Shown: piece by piece, positions 1 to 11,318 of the stretch
Position numbering within the stretch: the first letter of the stretch is position 1
How the letters are laid out: each line of letters begins with the position of its first letter
NCBI RefSeq assembly: GCF_006345805.1
Contig: NW_021835707.1
Span: 1-38,384, forward strand
Reading direction: 5' to 3'
DNA length: 38,384 nucleotides
Source: Octopus sinensis
Taxonomy: Eukaryota
Position numbers and translations under genes: made by a program
Notes under the pieces: model-generated
What the model was told of the DNA's origin: nothing
Seen by the model: only the letters and a program-made list of their open reading frames with translations
The model's database searches: none

Positions 1-318
1 TATAAGTCGTTTGTGATTCAAAATTAGTTCATTGTTTAAAACTCGCCAAGAATGTATGTATCTTTTAAGATCTTCAAATTGTTAATTTTTAATATTGTAT
101 AAGCCTTAGGAGTAATAATATTCTCCTTATGTAAATATTGTTGTTTATGTAATGATCTATTTATCGTAATTTTCTATGTGGAAAAAAAAAGCGATATACC
201 GATTCCTTATGGGATTTCCCAATCAAGTTAGTTAGTTAGTTAGTTAGTTAGTTAATTTGGCTCAAAAGCAAATAGCAAGGCCATGTAGGGGGACATGGAG
301 TTAAGTACAGGGTGGTGT

Positions 319-3205
319 TCATGTAAAGAGTTCAGGCCACTTGAGGTCCAGGGAGGCTTTGAACAAAGCGGTCGTCGGCATCTTCACCATCTCGTCTGGC
401 AGCTTGTTCCACGGATCCGCAACCCGGACGGAGAAAGCTCCTCTCCTTCGATTGAGATGAAATCGTCGCAGGTAGAGCTTTCCGGAATGACCCCGCAGCC
501 GACGCTCCGGAGCAGGAGTGAAGAACAGCTCTTTCGAGAGGTTACACTTCCCGCTTATGATGTTGTGGGCGAGAATGAGATCACCACGGCGGCGGCGTTT
601 TTCAAGAGAATAAAGGTCGAGCGTCCTCAGCCTTTCTTCGTAGGACAAACATTTGAGACCATGAACCATGCGGGTAGCCAGCCTCTGGACTCTTTCGAGG
701 TGCTGTATGTCTTTGAGGAGATAAGGAGAAGAGGCTTGAATCCCATACTCCAATATGGGTCTCACCAGCGTGACATAGAGTGGCAGGAATATGGCTGCTG
801 TGAGCATTCCGAATGACCGTCGAATCAAAAACAGAATTCCGCGCGCTTTGTTGGCAGCATGGACGCACTAGGCCGAAGGCGAAAAGGAGGAATCCACCAA
901 GATACCCAGGTCCTTTACCTGATCGGTCCTCTCCAGCAGCAGACGACCCGGCTCGAAATCAAGTTGAGTTGCAGGAGTAGAGCCGACAGGCAGATGACAG
1001 CACTTTGACACGTTCAGACACAGGTCCCAATCGTTAGACCACTTCCAAATTTGGTGGAGGCATCGACGAAGATCCTCTATACTACCGCGAGGAGCGACCA
1101 GTTTGATATCGTCGGCAAATAGAAGGGTGTGTTGCGTGAGGTCGTCGGGCAAGTCATTTATGAAGACTAAGAACAACAAGGGCCCAAGCACTGAACCTTG
1201 AGGCACGCCACTGCTCGCACTGGAGACGTCGGACCGCGAACCATTAACTTGAACTTGGAAGGAGCGATCTGAGAGGAAGGCACCAACCCATCGTACAATA
1301 TCCGGATGGAAACTATATGCTTGAAGCTTGACAAGTAGTAGGCGGTGGTTTACCGAGTCAAAAGCTTTGGCAAAGTCCAATAAAACGATGTCAACAGCAT
1401 CACTATCATCGAGGATGCGCGTCACCAATTCTTCCATTACTAGTAAGTTGGTCAAGCATGATCTCTTCGGCACGAAGCCGTGTTGGGAATCAGTGATCGA
1501 GGCTGTGTTTAGGAGGTGGAGCATCATACTTTTCTTAAGGATGGTTTCGAACATCTTGCTGATTATTGATGTAAGGGAAACCGGTCGGTAGTTTAGCGGG
1601 TCTTCGCGGCTCCCTTTCTTGAAAATTGAGCAGATTATCGCTGTTCTCCAGTCTGCAGGTATAACACCCGTCGCCAATGACATATTGAATAGTCGTGTTA
1701 AGGGCTCGCAGATGACCGGAGCCAACGCTTTGATAACCCGTGGGTGTATGCCGTCAGGGCCGTGACCCTTGTTGACATCGAGGCCTTGAATAACACGTCT
1801 GACTTGGTCCCGCGTGATGATCAATCGGAGCATTGGAGGTACCGATCTATCAAATGGAGGGGGTTCACGACCATCATCTTGTTTGAAAATAGTTGAAAAA
1901 GCCTCGGCAAATAATTGACTCTGTTGATAAGGGTCCTCAATCGATACGCCTGTTGAGTCTACCAACGTTGCAATCTGGTTGTTCATGCAGGAATTCCGCT
2001 GGACATGGGCAAAGAAGGTTTTTGGATTGCTACTGGCATTTGCCGCAATTTTGTATTCGTAACTGAAGCGTTCTTTCTTTTCAATTTTCACGGCTCGGTC
2101 TCGTTGAGTTTTGTACACCTCAAAAGCTGCAGTCGAATCCAGGTTTTTGAATTCAGCCCAAGCAATATCTCTGAGTCGACGTTCTCGTTTAACCTTCTTC
2201 GTCACCCAGGGCTTGTGTTTCTTCCTCTTGGGAAGTCCAACGGGAACTGCCTGGTCAGTCAAACAGATTACATATGCTTTGAGGGATGACCATAGTTCGT
2301 CAACTGAGGACAACGTCATCAGGGAACGCCAGTCCAGAAGCGCGGAAGCCTCGGTTAGAATTTCAAGATTAATTGCAGAGAAGACTCTACGTGGCAGCGA
2401 AGTAATCGTGGGCGTGGAAAAAGTAGTGTGCATGACGAACTTCAGGACCGCATGATCACTCTTGGCAAGAGGGGCGCACACAGATACGTCTGACACTGAT
2501 CTTGGATAGCGGGAGAATACCAGATCTAGCATAGATGGCTGCTGCCCAGACCGATGCCTTGTCGTATATTCAACATGTTGCGAGAGAAAACAATCTTCAG
2601 CCACGTCAAGAAGGGCCTGGCCGAACCGGGAAGATGTTGTACAAATTGATGTGGGCCAATCGATCGTGGGAGCGTTGAAGTCGCCTAGTACCAAGCAGTC
2701 ATGCGAAGCTGAAACGAATCTTATCGCTTCGAGTAGATGAGCATCGTCCTGGGGGTCGGCTAGAGGCGGCCTGTAGACAGCCAACACGGGCAGGCAAAAC
2801 TCAGATAGGCTCAGCTTGCAATAGACGGCATCGAATTTGGTTGTAGGTTGAGCATTTGTGGGTAGAATACCGCAGGACGGTTGGTGCTCAGACTTAACAT
2901 ACACAGCAACACCTCCACCTCGCCTTTTTCCTGTCACATCTGAAAAGGACGTAGCCCTGCAGGTGGATCTCTGAGTCCTTTACTGCTGGAGTCAGCCAAG
3001 TCTCGGTGATAGCTATCACATCAGGGGAGTCGCGTAGGGCCAGTGTAAATAGTTCACTGAACTTTGGGAATAAGGAGCACGAGTTGGTGTAGACGATGCT
3101 GAGCTGTGAAGTCTGAGGGGCGGGAATTGGGGAACAAGCAGAATAAAGGGCATCAGAGATAGCATCGTTGACGGGGGTATCAACTTCACTTCGATTTGCC
3201 CTCAC
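319..3205 (-). pseudogene. LINE ORF2 (apurinic endonuclease + reverse transcriptase) with two lesions
   Basis: APE motifs YTN, ITETW, GGGVAVYV, GDFN, LDLVF, SDH; RT motifs KGHGPDGIHP, YRPVSLTS, QHGF, LDFAKAFDSV, GVPQGSVLGPLLF, FADD; CR1-type C-terminus LEKRRRRGDL..LRGH..FSVRVADPWNKLP. One extra base in the T5 run at 2925-2929, and an in-frame TAG at 868-870 (ORFs 868-2937 and 319-828 share a frame). Confidence 0.93.
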
Positions 3206-4617
3206 ATCACTTTCCCTGTCAGCACTACAGCATGGGACCAGAGGTAGGACTTGATTATCTGTCCATCTTGGATTCGTAAACCCTTCTCTCCCATTTGTTT
3301 CCTCATCTTTAGCTCGGATATCAGGTTCCTCCGGCGAATTCTCTCTCTTAGTGAGTATTCCTCGCGAAAACCCATATTGGGGTCCTCCCAGGCATGCGTC
3401 TGAGCTCTGTTCAGAAAGACTGAAGCCTCCCGATCAGAAGAAAAGATTACCCTTATTGGGCGTGGTCTAGTATCTGCGGTTGGGTTCGCTTGGAATCTTC
3501 CTAGCCGAGCGACCTTAAGAACACTGACATTTTCATTCACAGAGAACAATTTTCCAACCAAAATGGAAACAAAATTAATGTCATCTTTTAGGCGGTTTAT
3601 GCCTGTATCACAGGTGGATTCAGCTTTGCCATATATTATTGCCGATCTTGAGTGGGCAAAAAGTTCTCTACTATGAGCTGCGGTATTCGATTCTTCATTG
3701 GAGGATTTCGAAAGGGTGGTTTCATAGCCATCGGACTTATGTCGGCCTGTGGGGTCGATCGGAATGGATTTAGTGGTCATAATTTTCCCGCCTGGTTTGG
3801 AACTGCACTGCCTCTTCTTCGGTTTGGGGGAGCACCACTCCCCAGATGAACCCACATCGAGATCGTTCAGAATTGGTTGAGCAATGGCATTAATGGGATG
3901 GACAAGTGAAGGAGAATCCAAACAGATTTTATCGTGATCAGGTTTCATAGCCAAATCTGCCCCTCTGGAGTTTTGACTACGTTTCTTCTTTTGGGGAGAA
4001 CAACGGTCTTCAGGTGGGTTTGAGTCTACGCTCCTCGAACTAGGTTGGGGAACCTCCGGGACCGAAAAGGCAGATGAGGAAGAATCCGCACAGGAACGAT
4101 CATGTGCAGGAACGACCGCCGGTTCCTTCGCCTTCTTTGGCCGCTTCGATTTTGTTCCCTTCGGTTTGGACGTCTCCAGGGAAGAAATCAAGGGTGACTC
4201 TGCGTCAACAGGAGACCGTTTATTGTGGTCAGGTTTCATAGCTAAATCCGCCCCACTGGAGTTTTGACGACGTTTCTTCTTTTGGGGAGAACAACGGTCT
4301 TCAGGTGGGTTTGAGTCTACGCTCCTCAAATTAGGTTGGGGAACCTCCGGGACCGAAAAGGCAGATGAGGAAGAATCCGCACGGGAACGATCATGTGCAG
4401 AAACGACCGCCGGTTCCTTCGCCTTCTTTGGCCGCCTCGATTTTGTTCCCTTCGGTTTGGACGTCTCCAGGGAAGAAATCAAGGGTGACTCTGCGTCAAC
4501 AGGAGACTGTTTATTCAGTAAGAGAGCAACAACAGACTTTAGGTGCTCAACCTCTTGTTTGAGCAACAGCAACTGTTCGTTGAGCTGACTATTGGTAGGA
4601 CCATCATTTTCAGCCAA
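3202..4617 (-). CDS. LINE ORF1 protein (coiled coil, duplicated basic low-complexity block, C-terminal RRM-like ORF1 domain)
   Basis: 471-aa open frame directly upstream of ORF2. The C-terminal pattern AIIYG..E...RLG...RPRPIRV.F...ER.RR..L..ELK.R...GE..L.I..G.I is typical of CR1/L2-group ORF1. The annotated start is TTG, not ATG. Confidence 0.8.
   Translation of the reverse strand: MAENDGPTNSQLNEQLLLLKQEVEHLKSVVALLLNKQSPVDAESPLISSLETSKPKGTKSRRPKKAKEPAVVSAHDRSRADSSSSAFSVPEVPQPNLRSVDSNPPEDRCSPQKKKRRQNSSGADLAMKPDHNKRSPVDAESPLISSLETSKPKGTKSKRPKKAKEPAVVPAHDRSCADSSSSAFSVPEVPQPSSRSVDSNPPEDRCSPQKKKRSQNSRGADLAMKPDHDKICLDSPSLVHPINAIAQPILNDLDVGSSGEWCSPKPKKRQCSSKPGGKIMTTKSIPIDPTGRHKSDGYETTLSKSSNEESNTAAHSRELFAHSRSAIIYGKAESTCDTGINRLKDDINFVSILVGKLFSVNENVSVLKVARLGRFQANPTADTRPRPIRVIFSSDREASVFLNRAQTHAWEDPNMGFREEYSLRERIRRRNLISELKMRKQMGEKGLRIQDGQIIKSYLWSHAVVLTGKVM
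3928..4506 (-). repeat. 291-bp (97-codon) tandem duplication inside ORF1
   Basis: SPVDAESPLISSLETSKPKGTK...GADLAMKPDH occurs twice; equivalent bases lie at 4506 and 4215. Confidence 0.95.
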
Positions 4618-4716
4618 AAGTTTACCAATTTCAACGGATTTCGCTCAGATATAACATCGATGTTACTTAGTTTGGTTTGAAATAAAGAATTTGATTAGCT
4701 TAATAATCCTAACTTA

Positions 4717-4746
4717 ATCCCAGGCAAAGCTGGGATACACTGCTTG
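4717..4746 (+). mobile_element. Helitron-like 3' terminal hairpin (remnant)
   Basis: ATCCCAG-GCAAAG-CTGGGAT hairpin followed 6 nt later by CTTG (CTRR-like); resembles the CCCGGGCAACGCCGGG..CTAG terminus. Confidence 0.4.
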
Positions 4747-4749
4747 TGT

Positions 4750-5880
4750 TAAAAGAAAATAACTTGTTTACTTAAGTTTTAACAACATCGCTTTTGAAAT
4801 AGTCACTTTTCACAGCAATACACTAACCCCAGCATTCCTGCCACTATTGGAATCTGGCCTGGAGATCATTTTCTGTAAGCAAGTCGAGCACTTTCTGTGA
4901 TTCACTCTTGATCATGACAACAGAGTTAAAATGGCAACCTTTGAGCTGAAGTTTTACCTTGGCAAAGAGATGGCAGTTTGCTGATGCTAAACCTGGCAAA
5001 TAGGGCAAGTGTGGGAGTGATACCATGTTGTTTTTGGCAAGGAACTCAGATAGGGAGCATTGTCATCATGAGGAATCCACTTCTGTGTGCTCAATAGATC
5101 CGGTTGTTTAGCCGAATGTCTTCCCTCAAATGCTTCCCAACATCACAGTAAAATTCTCCATTGACTGTCTGGCCCTGGGGGATGAATTCTTTATGCACAA
5201 TACTGGTGATGTTGAAAAAACAATGAGCATGCTCTTGATTGAGCTACAGCTCTGTCATGCCTTCTTTGGTTATGGAGATGAAGGCCTCTTCCATTGGGAT
5301 GGAGGTTGCTTCATCTCAGGGTTGTGCCCATAGACCCAACTCTTATCACCGGTGATGATCCTTGACATAAAGGCTGGGTCATCAGTGGCCTGCCAATGGA
5401 GATCTCAGCAGACTTTGACATGATGTTCTTTCTGTTCAGTGGTCAGCAGGCAGGAGACAAACTTGGCAAAGACACACTACATGTTCAATTCAGATGTTAG
5501 GATTGCCTCCATAAACTTATATGACAAACCGGCATCAGCAATGTTGTTGTCATCAGATGATCCACATGCACAAGTTGATGAATTTTACAGGCAGACATTC
5601 ATGGTAGGTCACCCAGATTGCTCTCTGTCTTCCTAGGATGTTCTTCCACTTTTGAAGCATCCACACTAATTGAAACTTTGCATACAACTCATTGCCTCAT
5701 CGCTGTAAGCTTGCCAAAGCATGATCAATGTCTGTAGCAGACTTCCCAAGTTTAACGCAAAATTTCACATTGGCACTTGGTTCCAACTTCCAGTTTATGA
5801 CAAAATTGCAAACTACAGCACAAACATGATCACAAAAACACAAATTTCACAACTTGCGAAATAAACACTAGCACCGCTGA
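4750..5880 (-). mobile_element. Degenerate mariner (DD34D) transposon
   Basis: Minus-strand fragments IITGDKSWVYGHNPEMKQPPSQWK, FIPQGQTVNGEFYCDV, PHDDNAP, PHLPYLPGLA and FQ*W..CW..CI...DYF match mariner motifs (TGDETW, HDNA, PYSPDLAP). Ends approximate. Confidence 0.85.
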
Positions 5881-6349
5881 GGGTAATATGCTCTGTAGAT
5901 GCACAAAAGCTTTTTTCAGAGTTATTTACTTTGAATTGTTATTATCTCCTATCTCATTAGCCTGTCCTTACATAACATGCTTCATGATTTTAGTATACAT
6001 ACCTTATTAGTGTTTCCTCTTAAGTTCTATATACTCTGGGAATGTATTAAAGCCATTTTGGGGTATCGGGTAATTAATTTCATGTTATTACATAACTGAC
6101 TTCACAATTTGGGAATTCCTAAAAGCAAGATCCTGTGTAAGACTGATACTTTGTATTGTTGTTATTGAATTAGCAAAACAATTATGAGAATGGAACAAAG
6201 GGACAAGCCCCACTTTCCTAGGAATTACCGGTTATGTCAGCAAGTATATATATATATATATATATAAATACATATGTATTTAAAGAATGTAGTTGTATAA
6301 AGATGGAATAATGTGAGATGCTCACCCCTTCACGGGAAGGAGTAAATTC

Positions 6350-7330
6350 CATACATGAAAAATTCAACTACATTGACAGTCACATAAATTTGAAAATGAA
6401 CACCCAGACAAGCCTGGATCTCTCTCTCTGCTGGATTTCCAAATCAGGATCACAGAGAATGGTAACATTCACATGAATCTTTACAAAAGAAGCAGTGACT
6501 AGGAATCTATTCATGCATTATGATTCGGCCCGGTCCACCAGAGCCAAAACTGCACACATACAAAATTAAATAACATGCATAAGAGACAGATGCAATGAAG
6601 TAAGTGACAAAGCCATCAGCATGAAGCGGTTCCTCAGGAACTTAGCACACAACGGTTATCCACCATCCACAGCTAAAAGACTGCCTCTGTGAATAATGAA
6701 AGTGGGTAAACTACACAGAGAAGCCCAAAACATCAGATCAGAAACATGCTTCCTTAGACTGCCCTACTTTGATGACAGAACATCAGCAGCTACCCAACAT
6801 CCATCCACAGGGAGAGACTTAACATACAGCTGGTACACACCAGTCTATCCCTGAAGAAAGCTCTATCAAGGAAAAATACCTAAGGGAGCACTGTGGAGTG
6901 CACACTTACCAACTGCCCCATCAATGACATGCAGTATATGAGGTCGTCTGCAATAAATGTGGGGCACCCTACGTAGGGAGCACTACTAGGAAACTACACA
7001 TTCGAATAAACAAGCAAATGCAGATAGACACTTTGATAAAGAAGCCCCTCAAGAAGTGCTAAACCCAGAATCTCAAAGTTTCCATCAAGGCAACACAACA
7101 CAACAGGGGTAATCTCAGAATTATGGAAGCCCACCTTATAAATAAATTGAAACCAGCCATTAATGACAAGAAGAAACTAGACAAAGCAGACTAGTTGTTA
7201 TAGCAACAGCAACCTGCACATGTCACTTCTTCCCTCATTCACTGCCCCACGACAAACTTTTTCCAGCCACCACTTTTCTGAATTTCTTGAAGAATGGGTC
7301 TTCAAGCCAAAATATAGAAATAAAAGGTAC
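6350..7330 (+). mobile_element. Degenerate Penelope-like element (RT C-terminus, GIY-YIG endonuclease, decayed hammerhead)
   Basis: 6931-7020 reads AVYEVVCNKCGAPYVGSTTRKLHIRINK (GIY-YIG-type); downstream LRIMEAHLINKLKPAIND; upstream pieces resemble the PLE RT end (FN.ID.HI..EHPD...LSLLDF). Confidence 0.75.
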
Positions 7331-7452
7331 AACTGCAACTTTGATCTTTTTCCTTTTCAATTTGTAGTTTAATTTGTACCTTCTTGCATTGTCCTTGCTT
7401 TACACAACCACATTCTTTAAATCATACCTCAAAGTGCTTCACAAAATCTACC

Positions 7453-7525
7453 TCATTTTACCACACACACATACACACATGCACACACATACACACATGC
7501 ACACTCACACACACACATGCACACT

Positions 7526-7557
<32 letters not shown>

Positions 7558-7658
7558 CACATATATATTTACATATATATATATATAAACATGTATATAT
7601 CTATATCTGTATCTCTCTATATATATATATATACACATATATATTTACATATATATAT
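7453..7658. repeat. Compound (CA)n/(TA)n microsatellite
   Basis: Direct reading. Confidence 0.95.
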
Positions 7659-7664
7659 TTTTTT

Positions 7665-9060
7665 CCTTTCAGCTAGTTTCAGCTCACGAGCTGTGGCCAT
7701 GCTGGGGCACTGCCATTCGGTGTTGCCACATGATTTTATGTCACAAATGCTTTTTAGCAATTGACATTTGGTGCATGAGAGAGTTTGATGCAGCTGCCCT
7801 CGTCTGCACCTCCTGCCGTGAAATTGGTTCATCTGGGACACCTGACGGGAAGAGATCCAGTCCTACTTTAAAGACATCTGCATCCACCCCATGCAGGTCT
7901 CTCAGGTCCTTCGGGAGGATATTGAAGAGCTGTGGACCTCTGAAGCCCAGGCTATCACAGTATCTTGTCCTACATCTTGATGGCGAATTTGGAGTCCTTG
8001 GCACTATGCAGTGGAGCCCAGTTCTAGTATTTGTGTAACTCTCGATGTGAAAGTTTGGGACAAGTCCTTCCAGGATCTTTCAGATGTATATTATGGCATA
8101 TCTTTATCGCCTACACTCTAAGGAATAGAGTCTTAATCTCTTGAGCCTTTCCCAATAGCTTACATGCTATATAGAGGCTATCTTCTTCGTGTAGCTTCGT
8201 TGGATTGCCTCAAATTCTGTGATTAATTTGACACTGGTTGGTGACCATAGCTGAGAGCAATAGTCAAAGTGGCTAAGGACAAGTGTCCTCCAGAGGACCG
8301 TCATGGTTTCCTGGTCTCTTGTTCTAAAAGCTCTAAGAATCCATCCGGTCAGCCACCTACATTTCATTGCCAATTTAGCAACATGCACATGAAAGGTTGC
8401 ATCATTACTCATGTAAATACCTAGGTCTCACACTGATTGTGCCTCTGGGATTGCAATCCCTCCAGGTCCAGTGTATTTATTGAGTATTGCATTTAGTTTT
8501 GCATGCTGATAGCATAAAGCTTGAAACTTTTCAGCATTGAACTGCATGCTATTCTTTTCAGCCCATTTGTATATTTCATCCAGCTCACATTGCAGGTGCA
8601 TAGTGTCTTCAGGGTTCTGTATTACCTGTGAAACTTTTGTATCATCGGCATAACTTGTGATCGTGGCTCCCTGCGTGGATGAGGGCATGTCTGAGAGGGC
8701 CATTATGAACAGTAGTGGTCCCAAAATAGTGCCTTGCGGAACACCGCTCACTATTTGCATGTTATTGGAGGTGGCCCCATTGGCTACTACCACCTGACTT
8801 CTATCCTTCAAAAAGTCATGAAGCCATTCTCCCAATTTCCCAACTATGCCAAGATCACACAGTTTGTGACATATCATTCCATGATCGACTTTATCAAAGG
8901 CCTTTGCAAAGTCGAGATATATGACTTCCACATTTGAGTGGTTGAGCAGTTGTTTCAGTACCCAGTCATTGTGTTGTAGGAGCCGAGTTAGGCAGCTACT
9001 TCCTGGCTGGAAACCATGTTGGGTGTCAGGCAGCAAGTTATTTTCTTCAAGGAAAGCAGA
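7665..9060 (-). mobile_element. 5'-truncated L2/CR1-group LINE (RT to 3' end)
   Basis: ORF 8428-9036 has QHGF, YLDFAKAFDKV, GVPQGTILGPLLF, YADDTK; downstream pieces HFDYCSQLWSP and DSLGFRGPQLFNILP; 3' end GGCCACAGC..TGAAACTAG next to an A-rich/TA tract. Confidence 0.88.
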
Positions 9061-9530
9061 CTCAAGAGATTAAGACTCTATTCCTTAGAGCGTAGGCGAT
9101 AAAGATATGCCATAATATACCTCTGGAAGATCCTGGAAGGACTTGTCTCAAACTTTCACATTGAGAGTTACACAAATACTAGAACTGGGCTCCACTGCAT
9201 AGGGCCAAGGACTCCAAATTTGCCATCAAGATGTAGGACAAGATACTGTGATAGCCTGGGCTTCAAAGGTCCACAGCTCTTCAATATCCTCCCGAAGGAC
9301 CTGAGAGACCTGCATGGTGTGGATGCAGATGTCTTTAAAATAATGTGGGACCACTTCATATCAGGTGTCCCAGATGAACCAACATCACAGCAGGAGGTGC
9401 AGATAAGGGCAGCTGCATCAAACTCTCTCATGCACCAAATGTCAATTGCTAAAAAGCATTCGTGAAGTAAAATCATGTAGCAACACCAAATGGCGGTGCC
9501 CCAGCATGGCCACAGCTGAAACTAGATAAA
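9061..9530 (+). mobile_element. 3' fragment of the same L2/CR1-group family, opposite orientation
   Basis: Reverse-complement match to 7673-8145 (about 90% by eye), ending GGCCACAGCTGAAACTAGATAAAATGAAAAAA. Confidence 0.88.
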
Positions 9531-10136
9531 ATGAAAAAATGAAAAAATATATATATATCCATATATATATATATATATATGGATAGTAGAAATATGTTAC
9601 GGAAAGAAAATAAAAAATACACATGGAAATGTAAGGGTAAAATAAGAAAAATCAACAAAAATGCACATTGCAAATAGAAAAAGGCTATTTATGACAGATA
9701 ACGACAAATATATACATTTAGATTGACTGAGGTAGTAATACGAGTCATAAAAGTCCTTATTATGAGATGATTATAAGATGATAATAAAGTAAGAGAACAA
9801 AACAAATGATGGTTTACGCAAAACTATTCATCGCTTGAATAACACCGGTTAATGAAGGGTGTCAGGTCTAATAGTTCCTGAGAAAAAAGATTATTTGTAA
9901 GGGAGGTAAGTAGTTCTGGATTTAGAGATGTGAGTAGTGTAGGAAGTGTATAGGGTTTAGTGGTTTCAATTGAAGAGTTAGTGGTGTTCTGTATTGAGTT
10001 GTGTGTTCATATTTAGTTGGGGGAGAAATTTATTGATGAAAAATGCCTCTTTATAAATGGATATATATATATATATATATCCATGTATATCATATATATC
10101 CATATATATCATATATATCCATATATATCATATATA

Positions 10137-10425
10137 TCATCATTTAATGTCCGCTTTCCATGCTAGCATGGGTTGGACGATTTTGACTCAGGGCTGGTGA
10201 ACCAGACGGTCGCACCAAGCTCCAATCGTGATCTGGCAGAGTTTCTACAGCTGGATGCCATTCCTAATGTCACCCACTCCAAGAGTGTAGTGGGTGCTTT
10301 TTTATGTGCCACCAGCACGGGGCTAGTCAGGCGGTACTGGCAATGACCTCGTTCAAATCTTTTAACACATGCCACTGGCACAGGTGCCAGTAAGTCGATG
10401 TTCGTAACAATCACGCTTGAATTGT
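10137..10425 (-). mobile_element. RTE-family 3' UTR fragment with (GAT)n tail
   Basis: CATCATTTAATGTCCGCTTTCCATGCTAGCATGGGTTGGACG is the reverse complement of the 3' end at 12730-12790. Confidence 0.75.
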
Positions 10426-10446
10426 GCTCTTTCACGTATATATATA

Positions 10447-11318
10447 ATAGAAGAGTTACCCGGCGTTGCCCAAGTTACACACAATTGAAGAATTAGACTT
10501 TTCTGTTATATTTTCTGTAATGAACTGGAATACCTATGTTTCGAATTTCATCAAAATTGCAGATGAGGGTTATTTCCCTCTTTACACACACAAACAAAAT
10601 TGTAATTGTGCCACATGTATCCCATACTACTGATTTTTATGCGCATATTCCAAAATTCCAGTCTTATGGAACCTGTTAAAAGGATTTTGCTCCTGAAAAG
10701 TGGAGGTCATAGAGCTCTAAAATGTGAGAGTTAATGCCCCTATTGGGGGTGGGCATCTTAATGTCAACCAGAGAAGTTGAATTGTTGAGAATCTTTTTAA
10801 CTTTGGTCTTATATCTATTGCTTGAATTTCTTTGAAATAGGAAATATATGTTCACTGGGTTTGTAAAAGAGAGCAAAGCTACAGGAAACCAAAAGACGAA
10901 TCATCACAATAAGCAGTCTGCTATCCTACCCTAGTAGATACCACTCCCAATGTAGGATTCCTCACCATAAATAATGCTCATCTTTTATGCTCAGGTAACC
11001 CTACAGCTTCCAAGAGCACAACTGTATTCATTTATGCTTAGATAAAGTGACAAAATTGTGGGTGTTAAGTCCACATGGAGGGTCTTTCTAACTTGTAAGA
11101 AGATGAAATTTTATAAATATTACTTCATTTGTGTCTAATATCTATGATTAAAATTTCATCAACAGCAAAATTATATGAATTGTCATGGGGTTTATGGCCC
11201 TTATGCATAGAATATAATTTCCAAATTTCATAAAGATTCATTCAGTACTTTTGACCTAGTTTTCGATCATAAAAGAAATTACTAAAATTTGGGAGTTAAG
11301 GCTCCCATTAGGGTGTTA

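Larger units (their letters stand above)
226..4650 (-). mobile_element. Near-full-length CR1-group LINE (ORF1 + APE-RT ORF2 + short 3' UTR + (TAAC)n tail)
   Basis: ORF1 and ORF2 in tandem on the minus strand; ORF2 stop at 319-321 followed by a ~65-nt 3' UTR and (TAAC)n repeats at 226-255. The 5' boundary is approximate. Confidence 0.93.

Noticed and set aside
295-2455. Plus-strand ORFs 295-816, 1328-1591, 2005-2289 and 2111-2455, and similar antisense ORFs over other LINEs
   Set aside because: Shadow frames opposite RT coding sequence; no independent motifs.
7374-7764. His/Thr/Ile/Tyr-rich ORFs
   Set aside because: Translations of (CA)n/(TA)n microsatellites.
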